Origin: Coriobacteriales bacterium
Lineage (GTDB): Bacteria > Actinomycetota > Coriobacteriia > Coriobacteriales > UMGS124
Direction: 5' to 3'
DNA length: 64,000 bases
Assembly: GCA_017515595.1 (NCBI GenBank)
Contig: JAFWFL010000005.1
Location: 4,516 to 68,515 of the forward strand
Under the pieces are notes generated by a model, which worked only from the letters and a program-made list of their open reading frames with translations, made no database searches and had not been told where the DNA came from. A program made the position numbers and the translations under genes. How positions within the stretch are numbered: the first letter of the stretch is position 1; each line of letters opens with the position of its first letter. This document shows, piece by piece, positions 38,001 through 47,569 of the stretch.

Positions 38001-39080
38001 TCAACCTTGCTGCGAGCCAAACAGAAGGGTAGTACATTGGAAGTAAACTTTCGCGGGCTGCGGTTGTGTTGCGACCCATTTTGACTTGATGAAAGACGGG
38101 TTACATCTCATAAGGAGCATGAAGGTTTTGCCCCCTTCTCCTATAGGAAGCATGCACGAAATTGAAGCATCCGGGATACGGTGCCAGCGGGAGTCCACCA
38201 CACCCCAGGCCTCAAGGAGCCTGCATGCTTTCTCTCCGGGTGCATCCTTTGCGAACAAAACAGACGCATCGGAAGCATGTACATGTTTCAAGGTAAGGTC
38301 GGCCCCAAGAGTGTCTCCCACACCCCCTTCTACCGCATCAAGCTGGAGCTCAAGTATGAACGGCAGCGCTGCTAACGCCTGTAAGCGCTCGAGCATCACG
38401 CTGTCAAACGCCGTGAAACCTGCCCGGGTAAGGTCATCTGCAAGCGTGCGCGGGTCAGCCGCATAGTCTGCCTGGCGTTCTACAGATACAAATGCTCCCA
38501 CACGCACGCCTGAGCCCGGCCGGTTGGGGAAAAGTCCTAAATACCACGGTTGCCATGATCCCGGAAGACGGGCAAGCAGCTCTGAGGTGTAACCGTACGA
38601 ACCATCCGCCTCAAGCGATGTAAAGAAACCTCGCTCGTCAGCGAGCGGCTTACTCCCAAAGTTTACGTATGCGCCTACGTCACAGCTCCCATCACGCAGA
38701 TCATGAGCAAAACCTACTCCTACACCACCCGTCTCAACATTAAAATACCAGTCAAACATGGCTTGCATACCAAAACCGCAACCTGACTCAAAGTGATCGC
38801 CCGGGTCCACCTGTCCTCGGTTATAGTATACGTGCAGGTCAAAGCCAGGGTTGCCAAGAAGCGGTACCTCCATCCAATAGTTTGGGAAGTAGTCCCCAAT
38901 GAGGCTTTTTTGGTATGCACCGGCGGCCAGGGCAGAAGTATCACCCAGGAACTCCGTGCCACCGGAGTGTTTTGCGACAAGCCCCACCAGTGCACCAAAC
39001 GCTATCTCGCGAAATGTACCGTTCGGGTCAGCAAGCTCTTTTAGATCCCGCAGATTACCAATGTTCATCTCGTTACTCAT
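38001..39080 (-). CDS. Hypothetical protein (359 aa)
   Basis: A long ORF with coding-like composition. It is divergent from the gcv operon, and no family was recognised. Confidence 0.45.
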   Translation of the reverse strand: MSNEMNIGNLRDLKELADPNGTFREIAFGALVGLVAKHSGGTEFLGDTSALAAGAYQKSLIGDYFPNYWMEVPLLGNPGFDLHVYYNRGQVDPGDHFESGCGFGMQAMFDWYFNVETGGVGVGFAHDLRDGSCDVGAYVNFGSKPLADERGFFTSLEADGSYGYTSELLARLPGSWQPWYLGLFPNRPGSGVRVGAFVSVERQADYAADPRTLADDLTRAGFTAFDSVMLERLQALAALPFILELQLDAVEGGVGDTLGADLTLKHVHASDASVLFAKDAPGEKACRLLEAWGVVDSRWHRIPDASISCMLPIGEGGKTFMLLMRCNPSFIKSKWVATQPQPAKVYFQCTTLLFGSQQG

Positions 39081-39090
39081 CCGTTTCTCC

Positions 39091-39153
39091 TAACCCAGGG
39101 GACAGTTCTATGTGTTCCCTAAGCAAGAACACATAGAACTGTCCCCTGGGTTA
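39091..39153. repeat. Perfect 27-bp-arm palindrome in a divergent promoter region
   Basis: TAACCCAGGGGACAGTTCTATGTGTTC, loop CCTAAGCAA, GAACACATAGAACTGTCCCCTGGGTTA. It shares AGGGGACAGTTCTATGTG with 20357..20374. Confidence 0.85.
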
Positions 39154-39252
39154 CTTCAAGTTTTTCTTACTTATATAGTAATTTACAAGATGCGCTTCAC
39201 CATAAATAAGCATAATATGCTTATGTGTAAGTTTAGCAAAAAAGGAGTGCAC

Positions 39253-41901
39253 ATGGCAGAACTAAAGCGGACCCCCCTGTATGAGGCACATGTAGCTGCA
39301 GGGGCTACCATGGTTGACTTTGGCGGATGGGAAATGCCGGTTCAGTACCCAACAGGTATTGTGGCTGAGCATCTTTTTACCCGCAGCAGTTGCTCGCTGT
39401 TTGACGTCTCTCATATGGGGCGTTTCTTTGTAGAAGGCCCCGAGCGGGTCGCGTTTTTGCAGCATGTGCTTACGAGCAATGTTGAGGCGCTCGAGCTGGG
39501 TATGGCTCAGTACGGCATTATTTCTGATGCTCAGGGCTTTGCCATTGATGACGCCTATCTCTACCGTTTTGAAGAAGAGAAGCTCCTGCTCGTGGTCAAC
39601 GCTGCCAATACCCAGAAGGACTGGGATCACCTTTTGCCCATTTCTAAGCAGTTTGACTGCACGCTCACCAATGTTTCTGACGAATACGCCGCTATTGCGG
39701 TTCAGGGTCCGCTCAGCCGTGAACTCCTGACCGAGCTCGCAGGCGGAGTACAGCTCACCGAGCCCATGAAGAATGCTGTCGCTCTTGTTGAGCTTGAAGG
39801 CCATCCAACAGGCATTGCAAAAACCGGCTACACCGGAGAGCCGCTTGGATACGAGGTCTACATCGCAGCTAAAGACGTAGTCTGGCTGTGGAACCGCCTC
39901 ATAGAGATGGGCGCCAAACCGGCCGGCCTTGGCGCGCGTGACACGTTGCGTCTCGAGGCATGCCTGCCGCTCTATGGCCATGAGCTGGGCAATGACCCAA
40001 GCGGCGCACCTATCCCCATTTGCGCCATGCCGCTTTCGCGCTTTGCGGTAAGCCTTGCTCCGCAAAAGGGCGATTTCATTGGCCGAGAACCCCTCACCGC
40101 TCAGCGCGAAGCTTATAAGAAGCTTATGGACCGGGACTTCTCGGCACTTGACGTACTTCCCCGTTGCATTAAGCCCATTGCCCTCATTGACCGCGGCGTT
40201 ATTCGCGCGGGCATGGAGGTATACCGTGGCGACGAGTGCATTGGCTGGGTCACAAGCGGCACCATGGTTCCGTATTATAAGAGCTCCGGAGAAGGTCTTG
40301 AGACCGTCATCAGCAGCGATGATGCAAAGCGCTCCATTGGTTTTGCTTACATCGCAAGCGACGTGCTCGAAGATGACTTTGTTGAGGTAGACGTACGTGG
40401 CAAGCGACTCAAGGCCGTTATTGTGCCGTGCCACCTGCGCTCCGACGCTCCGCCTTATGCCCGTCCCATTATTTACGGCACCGAGCTTGCACCTCGTGCA
40501 TCCTTACATGAAACCCGTCTTGCAAATGCGATTGAGCTCATGGGCCGCGCCTGCGAAAACCACGTTTGGCGTCAGCAGCAATGCGTTAACCTTATTCCGT
40601 CCGAGAATACCCCGAGCCCTGCCGTACGTGCACTTTGCGCCGCAGACCCAAGCGGCCGTTATGCCGAGCACCGCAAGGCCAAGGCCTTCTATGACAAAGA
40701 CGTATTCTATTACCAGGGCACAGATTTTATTAACGAGGTAGAACAGCTCCTCGTTGACGAGATGCGCACCTACTTTGGCTGCACCGAGGTCGAAACCCGT
40801 GTTATCAGCGGCCAGATGTCAAACATGGCGGTCTTCTCGTCATTGCTTGACTGGAAAAACAGAGTTGACCGCAAGTCAGCTCCCCGCAGGCTGGGATACG
40901 TGCTCAACAACCATATTATTAAGGGCGGCCACCTCTCGGCACAGCCCATGGGAGCTTTGCGCGACTTTATTGCAACCGACCCCGCCACCGAGCGCCCGGC
41001 TGTTGTGAACTTCCCGGTTTGCGCAGATAACGAGTATAAAATTGACGTCGAGGCAACCAAACAAATCATTGAGCGCTACCGCCCCGAGCTCATCATCTTT
41101 GGCAAGAGCATGGTGCTCCACAAAGAGCCGGTCGCAGCTATTCGCGCGTTTGTTGACGAGGCTGGGATCCCTACCACCATCATGTATGACATGGCCCACG
41201 TCCTCGGCATTTTGGGACCGTCTTTCCAGAACCCCTTTGAGGAAGGCGCCGAGATTGTTACCGGTTCAACCCACAAGACTTTCTTTGGCCCGCAGCGCGG
41301 TGTTATCGCAACCAACTGGAAAGAAGAAGACCTCAAGTACGGCCTTTGGGAAACCATCGAGACCCGCACCTTCCCGGGCAGCGTCTCTAACCACCACCTG
41401 GGCACCCAGCTTGGCCTTCTCATGGCTGCGTACGAGATGAACGCATTCCGCAAAGAGTACCAAAGCGCCGTATGCGCAAATGCCCGCTCTTTCGCGCGTG
41501 CCTGCAAAGATGCCGGTCTTGACGTCGCAGGCGACGAGTCTATAGGCTTTACCGAGACACACCAGGTCATTGTGCGCGTTGGCTACGGCGCCGGCGCTGA
41601 AGTAGCACGCCGCCTTGAGAACAACAATATTATTGTGAACTACCAGGCAACCCCTGATGAAGAAGGCTTTACTGCCTCAGGCGCTTTGCGCATGGGCGTC
41701 TCTGAAATGACACGCTTTGGATTTGGCAAGGCAGAGTTTGAACGCCTCGCCGAGCTTATGGCTGCCTGCATTCTGGAGAACAAGAACGTTGCGGCCGAGG
41801 TATCTGAGCTGAGATCAGGATACACGCAAATGCACTATTGCTTTGAAGGCGCTGAGTTTGATGCCGCACTTAAGAAGCTCTTGCAAACCATTGGTTTATA
41901 A
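39253..41901 (+). CDS. gcvT: Fusion protein: glycine-cleavage T protein (aminomethyltransferase) plus a serine hydroxymethyltransferase-like domain
   Basis: AAAGGAG precedes the ATG at 39253. The N-terminal half has RTPLYEAHVAAGATMVDFGGWEMPVQY (GcvT). The C-terminal half has VNLIPSENTPSPAV and GSTHKTFFGPQRG, an SHMT PLP-lysine motif. The ORF is uninterrupted at 882 aa. Confidence 0.8.
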   Translation: MAELKRTPLYEAHVAAGATMVDFGGWEMPVQYPTGIVAEHLFTRSSCSLFDVSHMGRFFVEGPERVAFLQHVLTSNVEALELGMAQYGIISDAQGFAIDDAYLYRFEEEKLLLVVNAANTQKDWDHLLPISKQFDCTLTNVSDEYAAIAVQGPLSRELLTELAGGVQLTEPMKNAVALVELEGHPTGIAKTGYTGEPLGYEVYIAAKDVVWLWNRLIEMGAKPAGLGARDTLRLEACLPLYGHELGNDPSGAPIPICAMPLSRFAVSLAPQKGDFIGREPLTAQREAYKKLMDRDFSALDVLPRCIKPIALIDRGVIRAGMEVYRGDECIGWVTSGTMVPYYKSSGEGLETVISSDDAKRSIGFAYIASDVLEDDFVEVDVRGKRLKAVIVPCHLRSDAPPYARPIIYGTELAPRASLHETRLANAIELMGRACENHVWRQQQCVNLIPSENTPSPAVRALCAADPSGRYAEHRKAKAFYDKDVFYYQGTDFINEVEQLLVDEMRTYFGCTEVETRVISGQMSNMAVFSSLLDWKNRVDRKSAPRRLGYVLNNHIIKGGHLSAQPMGALRDFIATDPATERPAVVNFPVCADNEYKIDVEATKQIIERYRPELIIFGKSMVLHKEPVAAIRAFVDEAGIPTTIMYDMAHVLGILGPSFQNPFEEGAEIVTGSTHKTFFGPQRGVIATNWKEEDLKYGLWETIETRTFPGSVSNHHLGTQLGLLMAAYEMNAFRKEYQSAVCANARSFARACKDAGLDVAGDESIGFTETHQVIVRVGYGAGAEVARRLENNNIIVNYQATPDEEGFTASGALRMGVSEMTRFGFGKAEFERLAELMAACILENKNVAAEVSELRSGYTQMHYCFEGAEFDAALKKLLQTIGL

Positions 41902-41944
41902 GTATCGTCGCTATGGGTTTTAACCCGCCCGAAAGGAGCCTACC

Positions 41945-42322
41945 ATGAAAATTCCTGCAGATCTGAGCTATTCAAAGACCCACGAGTGGGTGCGCATTGA
42001 GGGCGAAACCGCCATCATTGGCATCACTGATTACGCACAGGACGCCCTCGGCGATATTGTATTCATTAACCTTCCCGAGGTGGACGATACTCTTGAGGCT
42101 GGCGACTCGTTTGGCGACGTTGAATCTGTTAAAGCGGTAAGCGATGTCATGAGCCCTGTTGCAGGCACCGTAAGCGCAATCAACGAGGAACTCATTGATT
42201 CTCCCGAGCTTATGAACAGCGATCCGTACGGCGCATGGATTATCAAGCTCGAGGGCATTACCGTGCCCGATGACCTGCTTGATGCCGCTGCCTATGAGGC
42301 ATTTTGCGCAGAAAGCGAGTAA
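41945..42322 (+). CDS. gcvH: Glycine cleavage system H protein
   Basis: 125 aa with the lipoyl-lysine motif VESVKAVSDV. Confidence 0.9.
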   Translation: MKIPADLSYSKTHEWVRIEGETAIIGITDYAQDALGDIVFINLPEVDDTLEAGDSFGDVESVKAVSDVMSPVAGTVSAINEELIDSPELMNSDPYGAWIIKLEGITVPDDLLDAAAYEAFCAESE

Positions 42323-42328
42323 CATGTC

Positions 42329-43639
42329 ATGAGTTACGTGCCTTCTACCGAGGCACAACGCAAAGAGATGCTCGCGGCTGTTGGTGTGAGTGACTACCGC
42401 GAGCTCTATGCAGACGTGCCGCAACAAATGCTCCTCACGGAGCCCCTCGATATTCCGCCGGGAATGGGCGAGCTCGAGGTAAGCCGCGCCATGAATGCGC
42501 TTGCCAACAAAAACGTGCAGTACACAACCATACTGCGCGGAGCCGGTGCATATGATCACTATATCCCGGCTGCCGTTCGCTCCATCCCCGCAAAAGAAGA
42601 GTTTCTTACTGCATACACTCCCTACCAGGCCGAGATGAGCCAGGGCGTGCTGCAATCCATTTTTGAATACCAAACCATGATCTGCGAGCTTACCGGCATG
42701 GATGTCTCGAATGCCTCAGTGTATGACGGCGCCACCGCCGCCGCAGAAGCCGCAGCTATGTGCCGTGATCGCAAGCGGAGCGTAACACTTGTCTCGGCCG
42801 CAGCACACCCGGATGTTATTAATACCATACGTACCTATTGCTACGGTACCGGCGACGAGATGCGCGTTATACCTGCAAAGGACGGGCACACTGACCTCGA
42901 CGCTCTTCGCGAAATGCTTGGAAGCGATGTCTCCTGCGTGTACATTCAGCAGCCCAATTTCTACGGGCTCTTAGAGGACGCCACAGCCATTGGCGAAGCA
43001 GTGCATGAGGCCGGCGCGCTTTATGTCATAGGTGCAAACCCCATCTCGCTTGGCATCCTCAAAACGCCGCGTGAATGCGGGGCAGACATCGCCGTGGGCG
43101 AAGGCCAGCCGCTTGGATTGCCGCTTGGGTTTGGCGGACCTTACCTGGGCTTTATGGCTGCTACCACCAAGCTCATGCGCAAGCTCCCCGGCCGCATTGT
43201 GGGCGAGACTGTTGACACCGCGGGCAATCGCGCATACGTTCTTTCGCTCCAAGCCCGCGAACAGCACATTCGCCGCGAAAAGGCGAGCAGCAACATCTGC
43301 TCAAACGAGGCACTCTGCGCCTTAACCGCAAGCGTTTATATGGCGGTTATGGGACCTCAGGGCCTTGCTGAAGTCGCACGTCAGTGCACGGCAAAAGCCC
43401 ATTACCTTGCCGAGAAACTCACTGCCATTGATGGCATTGACCTCGTATATCCCGGTGCATTCTTCCATGAGTTTGTGACAACTCTCCCGCGCCAAAACGA
43501 GGTCTTGAGCGCCTTGGAAACCGCCGGCATCTTGGGAGGTCTTCCTCTTGATGAAGGCGTTCTCTGGTGCGTGACCGAGAAGGCCAGCCGCGATGATCTG
43601 GACCGCGCCGTAAGCATTGTGAAGGAGGTGCTCGCATAA
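42329..43639 (+). CDS. gcvPA: Glycine dehydrogenase (aminomethyl-transferring) subunit 1
   Basis: Size, position and the YTPYQAEMSQG motif are typical of GcvPA. Confidence 0.9.
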   Translation: MSYVPSTEAQRKEMLAAVGVSDYRELYADVPQQMLLTEPLDIPPGMGELEVSRAMNALANKNVQYTTILRGAGAYDHYIPAAVRSIPAKEEFLTAYTPYQAEMSQGVLQSIFEYQTMICELTGMDVSNASVYDGATAAAEAAAMCRDRKRSVTLVSAAAHPDVINTIRTYCYGTGDEMRVIPAKDGHTDLDALREMLGSDVSCVYIQQPNFYGLLEDATAIGEAVHEAGALYVIGANPISLGILKTPRECGADIAVGEGQPLGLPLGFGGPYLGFMAATTKLMRKLPGRIVGETVDTAGNRAYVLSLQAREQHIRREKASSNICSNEALCALTASVYMAVMGPQGLAEVARQCTAKAHYLAEKLTAIDGIDLVYPGAFFHEFVTTLPRQNEVLSALETAGILGGLPLDEGVLWCVTEKASRDDLDRAVSIVKEVLA

Positions 43640-45063
43640 TGGAGCTTATTTTTGAGAAAAGCGTTGCCGGCCGTGCATGCGACATACTCGGCGCCTGCGA
43701 TTGCGACTATGTTGACCTCCCTCAGGATGTTTTGCGCGCACAGCCGCCCAAACTCCCCGAGCTTGCCGAGGTAGACGTAACGAGACATTATACCGAGCTC
43801 TGCCACCATGTGCATGGTGTTAACTGCGGGTTTTATCCGTTAGGCTCCTGCACCATGAAGTATAACCCTCGTATAGATGAGGAAATCGCAGCATTACCGG
43901 GATTCCAGCGCATACACCCGCTGGCTCCCCAGCACGCTGTCACAGGCTGCCGGGAAGTTCTTGACCTGGCACGCAGCTACCTCTGCAAAATCTCCGGCAT
44001 GGACAATATGACCTTCCAGCCTGCAGCCGGCGCACACGGTGAGTTTACCGGCGTTCTGCTCATTAAACAATATCACGACAGCCGCGGCGATACCGCGCGC
44101 ACCAAGATTATTGTCCCTGACTCCGCCCACGGCACCAACCCCGCAACCGCAGCTATGTGCGGTTACGAGGTAGTAAATATACCCTCCGCACCGGACGGAT
44201 GTGTTGATCTTGACGCGTTGGCAAACGCATTGGGCGATGATACAGCTGGTCTCATGCTTACGAACCCCAACACGGTAGGCTTGTTTGACCAGAACATTTT
44301 AAAGATCACCGCTATGGTTCATGAAGCAGGCGGCCTTTGCTATTATGACGGCGCCAACCTTAACGCCGTTATGGGTGTAGTACGCCCCGGTGACATGGGC
44401 TTTGACTGCATCCACATGAACCTCCACAAAACCTTTGCCACTCCTCACGGCGGAGGCGGACCGGGAGCATGCGCCGTTGGGTGCAAAGAGTTCCTGAGCG
44501 AATTCCTGCCTAAGTCAGCCCTTATGGACGAGGCCGGACATCTGCAGGTACGGAGCTTTGCCGGCAACTTCCTTGTTGTTGTTAGAGCGCTCACCTACCT
44601 TATGTCAATGGGACGCGAAGGCATTCCCGAGGCAGCACATAATGCCGTGCTCAATGCCAACTATCTCATGCGCCGCATCCAGGGCACTTTTGAGCCTGCA
44701 TTTGACCGCATTTGCATGCATGAGTTTGTGCTCGACCTCTCTGAGTTTAAGAAAGAAACCGGAGTCTCCGCACTCGATGTTGCGAAGTCGCTTATTGACT
44801 ACGGCATGCATCCACCAACAATGTACTTCCCCATGATTGTGCACGAAGCGCTTATGCTCGAACCAACCGAGACCGAGAGCAAAGAGACACTCGACTGGGC
44901 AGCCGGCGTATTTGCCGAGCTTTACGAGCTTGGTAAAACCAATCCTGCCGTCATGCATGAAGCGCCTCATCATGCGCAGATTGGCCGCCCTGATGAAGTT
45001 CGTGCTTCCCGTACCCCTGTGTTAAGATGGTATCCGCAAGAAGAAGGTTCAGCAGCACTATGA
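43639..45063 (+). CDS. gcvPB: Glycine dehydrogenase (aminomethyl-transferring) subunit 2
   Basis: NLHKTFATPHGGGGPG is the PLP-lysine region of GcvPB. The start overlaps the gcvPA stop. Confidence 0.9.
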   Translation: MELIFEKSVAGRACDILGACDCDYVDLPQDVLRAQPPKLPELAEVDVTRHYTELCHHVHGVNCGFYPLGSCTMKYNPRIDEEIAALPGFQRIHPLAPQHAVTGCREVLDLARSYLCKISGMDNMTFQPAAGAHGEFTGVLLIKQYHDSRGDTARTKIIVPDSAHGTNPATAAMCGYEVVNIPSAPDGCVDLDALANALGDDTAGLMLTNPNTVGLFDQNILKITAMVHEAGGLCYYDGANLNAVMGVVRPGDMGFDCIHMNLHKTFATPHGGGGPGACAVGCKEFLSEFLPKSALMDEAGHLQVRSFAGNFLVVVRALTYLMSMGREGIPEAAHNAVLNANYLMRRIQGTFEPAFDRICMHEFVLDLSEFKKETGVSALDVAKSLIDYGMHPPTMYFPMIVHEALMLEPTETESKETLDWAAGVFAELYELGKTNPAVMHEAPHHAQIGRPDEVRASRTPVLRWYPQEEGSAAL

Positions 45064-47456
45064 TAAACAAGCTACAACTGGTTTATGGAACGAGTACAAA
45101 CCCTTACGAGAACCTTGCGCTCGAGCAGTGGCTCTTAGAGAAGGCCGATGCCAACAGCTGCACATTGTTCTTATGGCAAAATGCTCAAACCGTCGTGATT
45201 GGACGCAACCAAAATGCCTGGCGTGAGTGCAATGTTGAGCAGCTCCGCGCAGACGGAGGGTGCCTGGCCCGAAGGCTCTCGGGCGGAGGTGCTGTGTATC
45301 ATGACCTGGGGAACCTGAACTATACGTTTTTGATGCCGCGCGAAGACTACAATATCGCCCAGCAGCTTAAAGTTATTACCCGGGCATGTGCTCTTCTTGG
45401 AATCGAGGTTAAACGCTCCGGACGCAACGACCTTACCGTCAACGGACAAAAAATCTCGGGCAGTGCATTCTGCCATCATGAGGGACGTTCGTTCCATCAT
45501 GGAACCCTGCTCGTAAACACTGACATGGACGCCATGGAGCGCTACCTTAATCCCTCAAGAGCAAAACTTGAGGCCAAGGGCGTCGAGTCGGTAAAATCGC
45601 GGGTTACCAATCTTACCGAGGTACTGCCCACACTTACTGTGGATGACCTCAAAGATGCGCTTGCTGTCGCATTTGAGCAGGTATATGGTCTCCCGGTAGC
45701 CATTTTGGAAGCCGATGACATCAATACTGCGGCTGTAGCCAAACTTAAAGAGCACTTTGAGAGCTGGGACTGGAACTACGGCGCCCAAAAACAGCCCTTT
45801 ACTTATGAGTTGGAACGCCGCTTTAGCTGGGGAGAAATACAACTCGAACTTGAGATAACAAAGGGTTTCATCACTGATGCACGGGTTTATACCGATTCTC
45901 TTGACTTAGAAATAGCCGAGACCCTGCAAAAGACCCTCAATGGCTGTCGCTTTGATGCTGACAGCATCTCAGGCGCATTAGCCAAAGGTGAACTGAGTCC
46001 ATTTATCGCTATTGACATCATACGCCTGTTGAACAGCAGTATTACGCCATCTCCCAAGAGTGAAGAAGAGAGCACCGCGAAAGACTACGGTCTCATGGTG
46101 ATAGGAGCAGGTCCCGGAGGCTATACTGCCGCACTCAAAGCAGCAGAGCTGGGCATTGAAACCGCTCTCGTCGAGAAGGACCTTATTGGCGGTACCTGCC
46201 TTAACCGGGGCTGTGTCCCCACAAAAACCCTGCTCCATGCCTCTGAGGTGTACGGAGATATTGCGGCAGGCGCAGCGTTTGGCATTCATGCCGAGAACGT
46301 CTCTTTAAACATGGACGAGCTCTTCTCGTATAAAGAGCAAGTTGTAGAAACTCTGCGCAAAGGGATCGAAGGACTGCTGAGCCGGGCAAAAGTTGATGTT
46401 ATTCCCGGTAAAGCAACAATTTTGAAGCCGGGTGTTGTGGAAGTAACTCCGCAAGAGGGCTCCGCAGAAAAGGCAACTTATACCACAGAGAACATCCTCA
46501 TTGCAACGGGTTCGGCTCCGGCGCGGCCGCCCATACCCGGGCTTGACCTGCCCGGCGTCATGACGTCTGACGAACTCCTCGCAAAAACCGACCGTCTCTT
46601 GGACTCCCTTGTCATCATTGGAGGCGGCGTCATTGGAGTTGAGTTTGCCAGCTTCTACGAAGCGCTTGGCATCCAAGTCACCATAGTCGAAGGCCTCGAC
46701 CGCCTGCTTCCCACGCTCGACAAAGAGCTGGGTCAAAGTATTGCAGCCATTCTCAAAAAACAGGGTGTCGAAATATACACCAAATCAATGGTACAAAAAA
46801 TTGAACAAGAAGACGCCGGCTTAGCAGTGCATTTTGCTTGCAACGATGACCAAAAGTGCATAAGAGGCGAAGCGGTTCTTTGTGCGGTAGGACGAACCCC
46901 CTATCACAGAGACCTGTTTGCCCCCGAGCTTGAGCCCAACATGCAGGGCCGCGCACTCGCGGTAGACAGCAAGTTTAAAACCAACATTCCCGGCATTTAT
47001 GCGATTGGCGATGTCTCCTCGCCCGTTCAGCTTGCCCATGTAGCTGCGGCACAAGGAACTGCTTGTGTGGAGATGATCGCAGGCCACAAGAGCAGTGTTG
47101 ACCTGAATGTCATCCCCAGCTGTGTATATTGCTCCCCCGAGATTGCCTCGGTAGGGCTCACAGAAGCTCAGGCAAAAGAGGAGGGCATTCCTGTTAAGGT
47201 TGGTAAATGCGCTATGGGCGGCAATGCCCGTACTCTTATTGCAGGCGCAGGCCGCAGCTTTATGAAGATTGTTGTTCATGCCGAGAATAACCGCATCTTG
47301 GGCGCGCAGCTCATGTGCACCAATGCAAGCGACATGATCTCTCAAATAAGCGTTGCAATTGCCAACAACATGACCACTGAGCAACTTCTGAAGGCTATGC
47401 GTCCCCACCCCACCTTTGAAGAAGCTCTCACTCAGGCTCTTGAAGGTCTCAAGTAA
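45060..47456 (+). CDS. Fusion protein: lipoate-protein ligase A domain plus dihydrolipoyl dehydrogenase (L protein)
   Basis: The ATG at 45060 overlaps the gcvPB stop (ATGA). The N-terminal part carries RRLSGGGAVYHDLGNLNYTF (LplA). From about 46080 it carries GAGPGGYTAA...GGTCLNRGCVPTK (redox disulfide) and a C-terminal HPTFEEA dimerisation motif. Confidence 0.85.
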   Translation: MINKLQLVYGTSTNPYENLALEQWLLEKADANSCTLFLWQNAQTVVIGRNQNAWRECNVEQLRADGGCLARRLSGGGAVYHDLGNLNYTFLMPREDYNIAQQLKVITRACALLGIEVKRSGRNDLTVNGQKISGSAFCHHEGRSFHHGTLLVNTDMDAMERYLNPSRAKLEAKGVESVKSRVTNLTEVLPTLTVDDLKDALAVAFEQVYGLPVAILEADDINTAAVAKLKEHFESWDWNYGAQKQPFTYELERRFSWGEIQLELEITKGFITDARVYTDSLDLEIAETLQKTLNGCRFDADSISGALAKGELSPFIAIDIIRLLNSSITPSPKSEEESTAKDYGLMVIGAGPGGYTAALKAAELGIETALVEKDLIGGTCLNRGCVPTKTLLHASEVYGDIAAGAAFGIHAENVSLNMDELFSYKEQVVETLRKGIEGLLSRAKVDVIPGKATILKPGVVEVTPQEGSAEKATYTTENILIATGSAPARPPIPGLDLPGVMTSDELLAKTDRLLDSLVIIGGGVIGVEFASFYEALGIQVTIVEGLDRLLPTLDKELGQSIAAILKKQGVEIYTKSMVQKIEQEDAGLAVHFACNDDQKCIRGEAVLCAVGRTPYHRDLFAPELEPNMQGRALAVDSKFKTNIPGIYAIGDVSSPVQLAHVAAAQGTACVEMIAGHKSSVDLNVIPSCVYCSPEIASVGLTEAQAKEEGIPVKVGKCAMGGNARTLIAGAGRSFMKIVVHAENNRILGAQLMCTNASDMISQISVAIANNMTTEQLLKAMRPHPTFEEALTQALEGLK

Positions 47457-47569
47457 CATATGGAACACAAAGGGTCAGGAATTGTGTATAATAGAGCGTA
47501 AGAAACCAGCCGGCTGCCTTGTATAACCAAAAGAGCAAAAACGCTGGTTGCGACTCAAAAGGAGTGTAT

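Noticed and set aside
38001-39080. The idea that the 359-aa unknown is an ABBA-type aromatic prenyltransferase acting on the WW peptide
   Set aside because: The idea rested only on a vague impression of repeated strand-like segments. There is no motif-level support, and the gene is 8 kb from the peptide and separated from it by the gcv operon.
39112-39252. A 47-aa N-terminal extension of the GcvT fusion, starting at a GTG inside the palindrome
   Set aside because: It overlaps the 27-bp-arm palindrome and AT-rich promoter DNA. The ATG at 39253 has AAAGGAG upstream and yields the canonical GcvT N-terminus.
39154-39252. The glycine riboswitch expected upstream of a gcv operon
   Set aside because: The leader is short and AT-rich. 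I could not find tandem aptamer-like conserved stems or GGAGAG/CACCG-type elements. An Infernal scan is still needed for certainty.
47519-47569. A longer 85-aa version of the leader peptide starting at 47519
   Set aside because: There is no RBS before 47519, whereas AAAAGGAG sits 5 nt before the ATG at 47570. The extra 17 residues are not leader-like.
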